Source of the DNA: Psilocybe cubensis
Taxonomy: Eukaryota
NCBI GenBank assembly: GCA_017499595.2
Contig: CM039002.1
Coordinates: 3,472,001 to 3,536,000, forward strand
Direction of reading: 5' to 3'
DNA: 64,000 nucleotides
Shown here: piece by piece, positions 63,109 through 64,000 of the stretch
Numbering within the stretch: the first letter of the stretch is position 1
Layout: each line of letters opens with the position of its first letter
Notes under the pieces: generated by a model
Databases searched by the model: none
What the model was told of the DNA's origin: nothing
Seen by the model: the letters and a program-made list of their open reading frames with translations, nothing else
Translations under genes and position numbers: made by a program

Positions 63109-64000
63109 AATAGATGGAAGAGGAAAGGTAAGCTTTACTGCCTACGATCAAAGGAAGAGAAAAGGGTATGTTTGTCTGAGATTGTGTCTGAGTGCGTCTT
63201 GGGGTTCGCGAAATTCGGTCCTTCTTATATCAACGATCGATGTGAATATGGTGGATGAATGGCTTGCAGCCTTACCTAGTTCTAACGCTCGGCGATCCGG
63301 TCTTGCAGGGCAACATTGGGGCCGCGGATCCGTACCACGCAATTACTCTTGGTCTAATTGGAGTGCTCACGCGACATTTCTATATTCAAGAGTCGGTGAA
63401 TAGCGATGGGACTATAATGACGCATGGTGTTTTCTCGGAATTTGTTGGTACTCGTTACTGAGAATGACACCATTTGGTGTTGTCGCGATTGTGCTGTGAA
63501 ACACTGCAGCGGAAAAATAAGTGCTTGATCAGGGGGTTTTATTTATGTCGAAAGTCCACTCACGAGGTATGACACGTAGAATCGTTATACCGAATGTTTT
63601 CTGACTTCACGGCGTTGACTGTGCTGCTGGCCGTTAGGCGTCACCGACCAGTTGAATTGGGGCTAAAATAGTCTTGGGCTGGAGAAAGAGGCTAGACGAG
63701 AAGCAAACTTGGCTCGGTTTTATTAGAGTTAATGTGTTCTATTCTCCAAAGCGTCTAATTTTACTCACAGTCCCAAGAACTTCAGAAGAGGATACTCAGC
63801 AATCCTCGTAAAATCACCTATGTAATTGATTTCTTGCCTTTCAAACTCCAGTAATAATCTATGATGATTCATAAGCATTCCTAGCGAAGCCTCGCATTAC
63901 ACCTGAAGCTGCCCTTAAGAAGCCCACTTAACCATGCAAACCGCGTAAAATATCTATCGAATATTCTTGGCCAGTCCTGCCCAGATTGTATAATGTATGT

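Overview
Intron-rich fungal nuclear DNA, most consistent with an agaricomycete mushroom (short GT..AG introns with CTAAC-type branch points, typical gene families). I reconstructed about 19 spliced genes by hand: a C2H2+Zn2Cys6 hybrid transcription factor, an AA9 LPMO, an MFS exporter, an F-box protein, Hsp10, two membrane proteins, an AA3 GMC oxidoreductase, two hypothetical proteins, ATP synthase subunit g, two tandem GH78 alpha-L-rhamnosidases, a TPR-CHAT protease, an exp1-like HMG-box factor and five tiny secreted-peptide genes. The strongest novel signal is a dispersed family of three ~65-aa secreted peptides with the same 8-cysteine framework and an intron at the same position next to the stop codon. 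A fourth, 4-Cys pro-peptide lies tail-to-tail with one of them, beside the TPR-CHAT gene. Other notable points: a 1097-bp TIR element with a 6-bp TSD interrupts the TPR-CHAT gene; the LPMO has Tyr in place of its conserved second-sphere His; only one rhamnosidase copy has a GPI-like tail; and there are two MITE/foldback elements. Exon boundaries and family calls come from manual reading and recalled motifs, not database searches.
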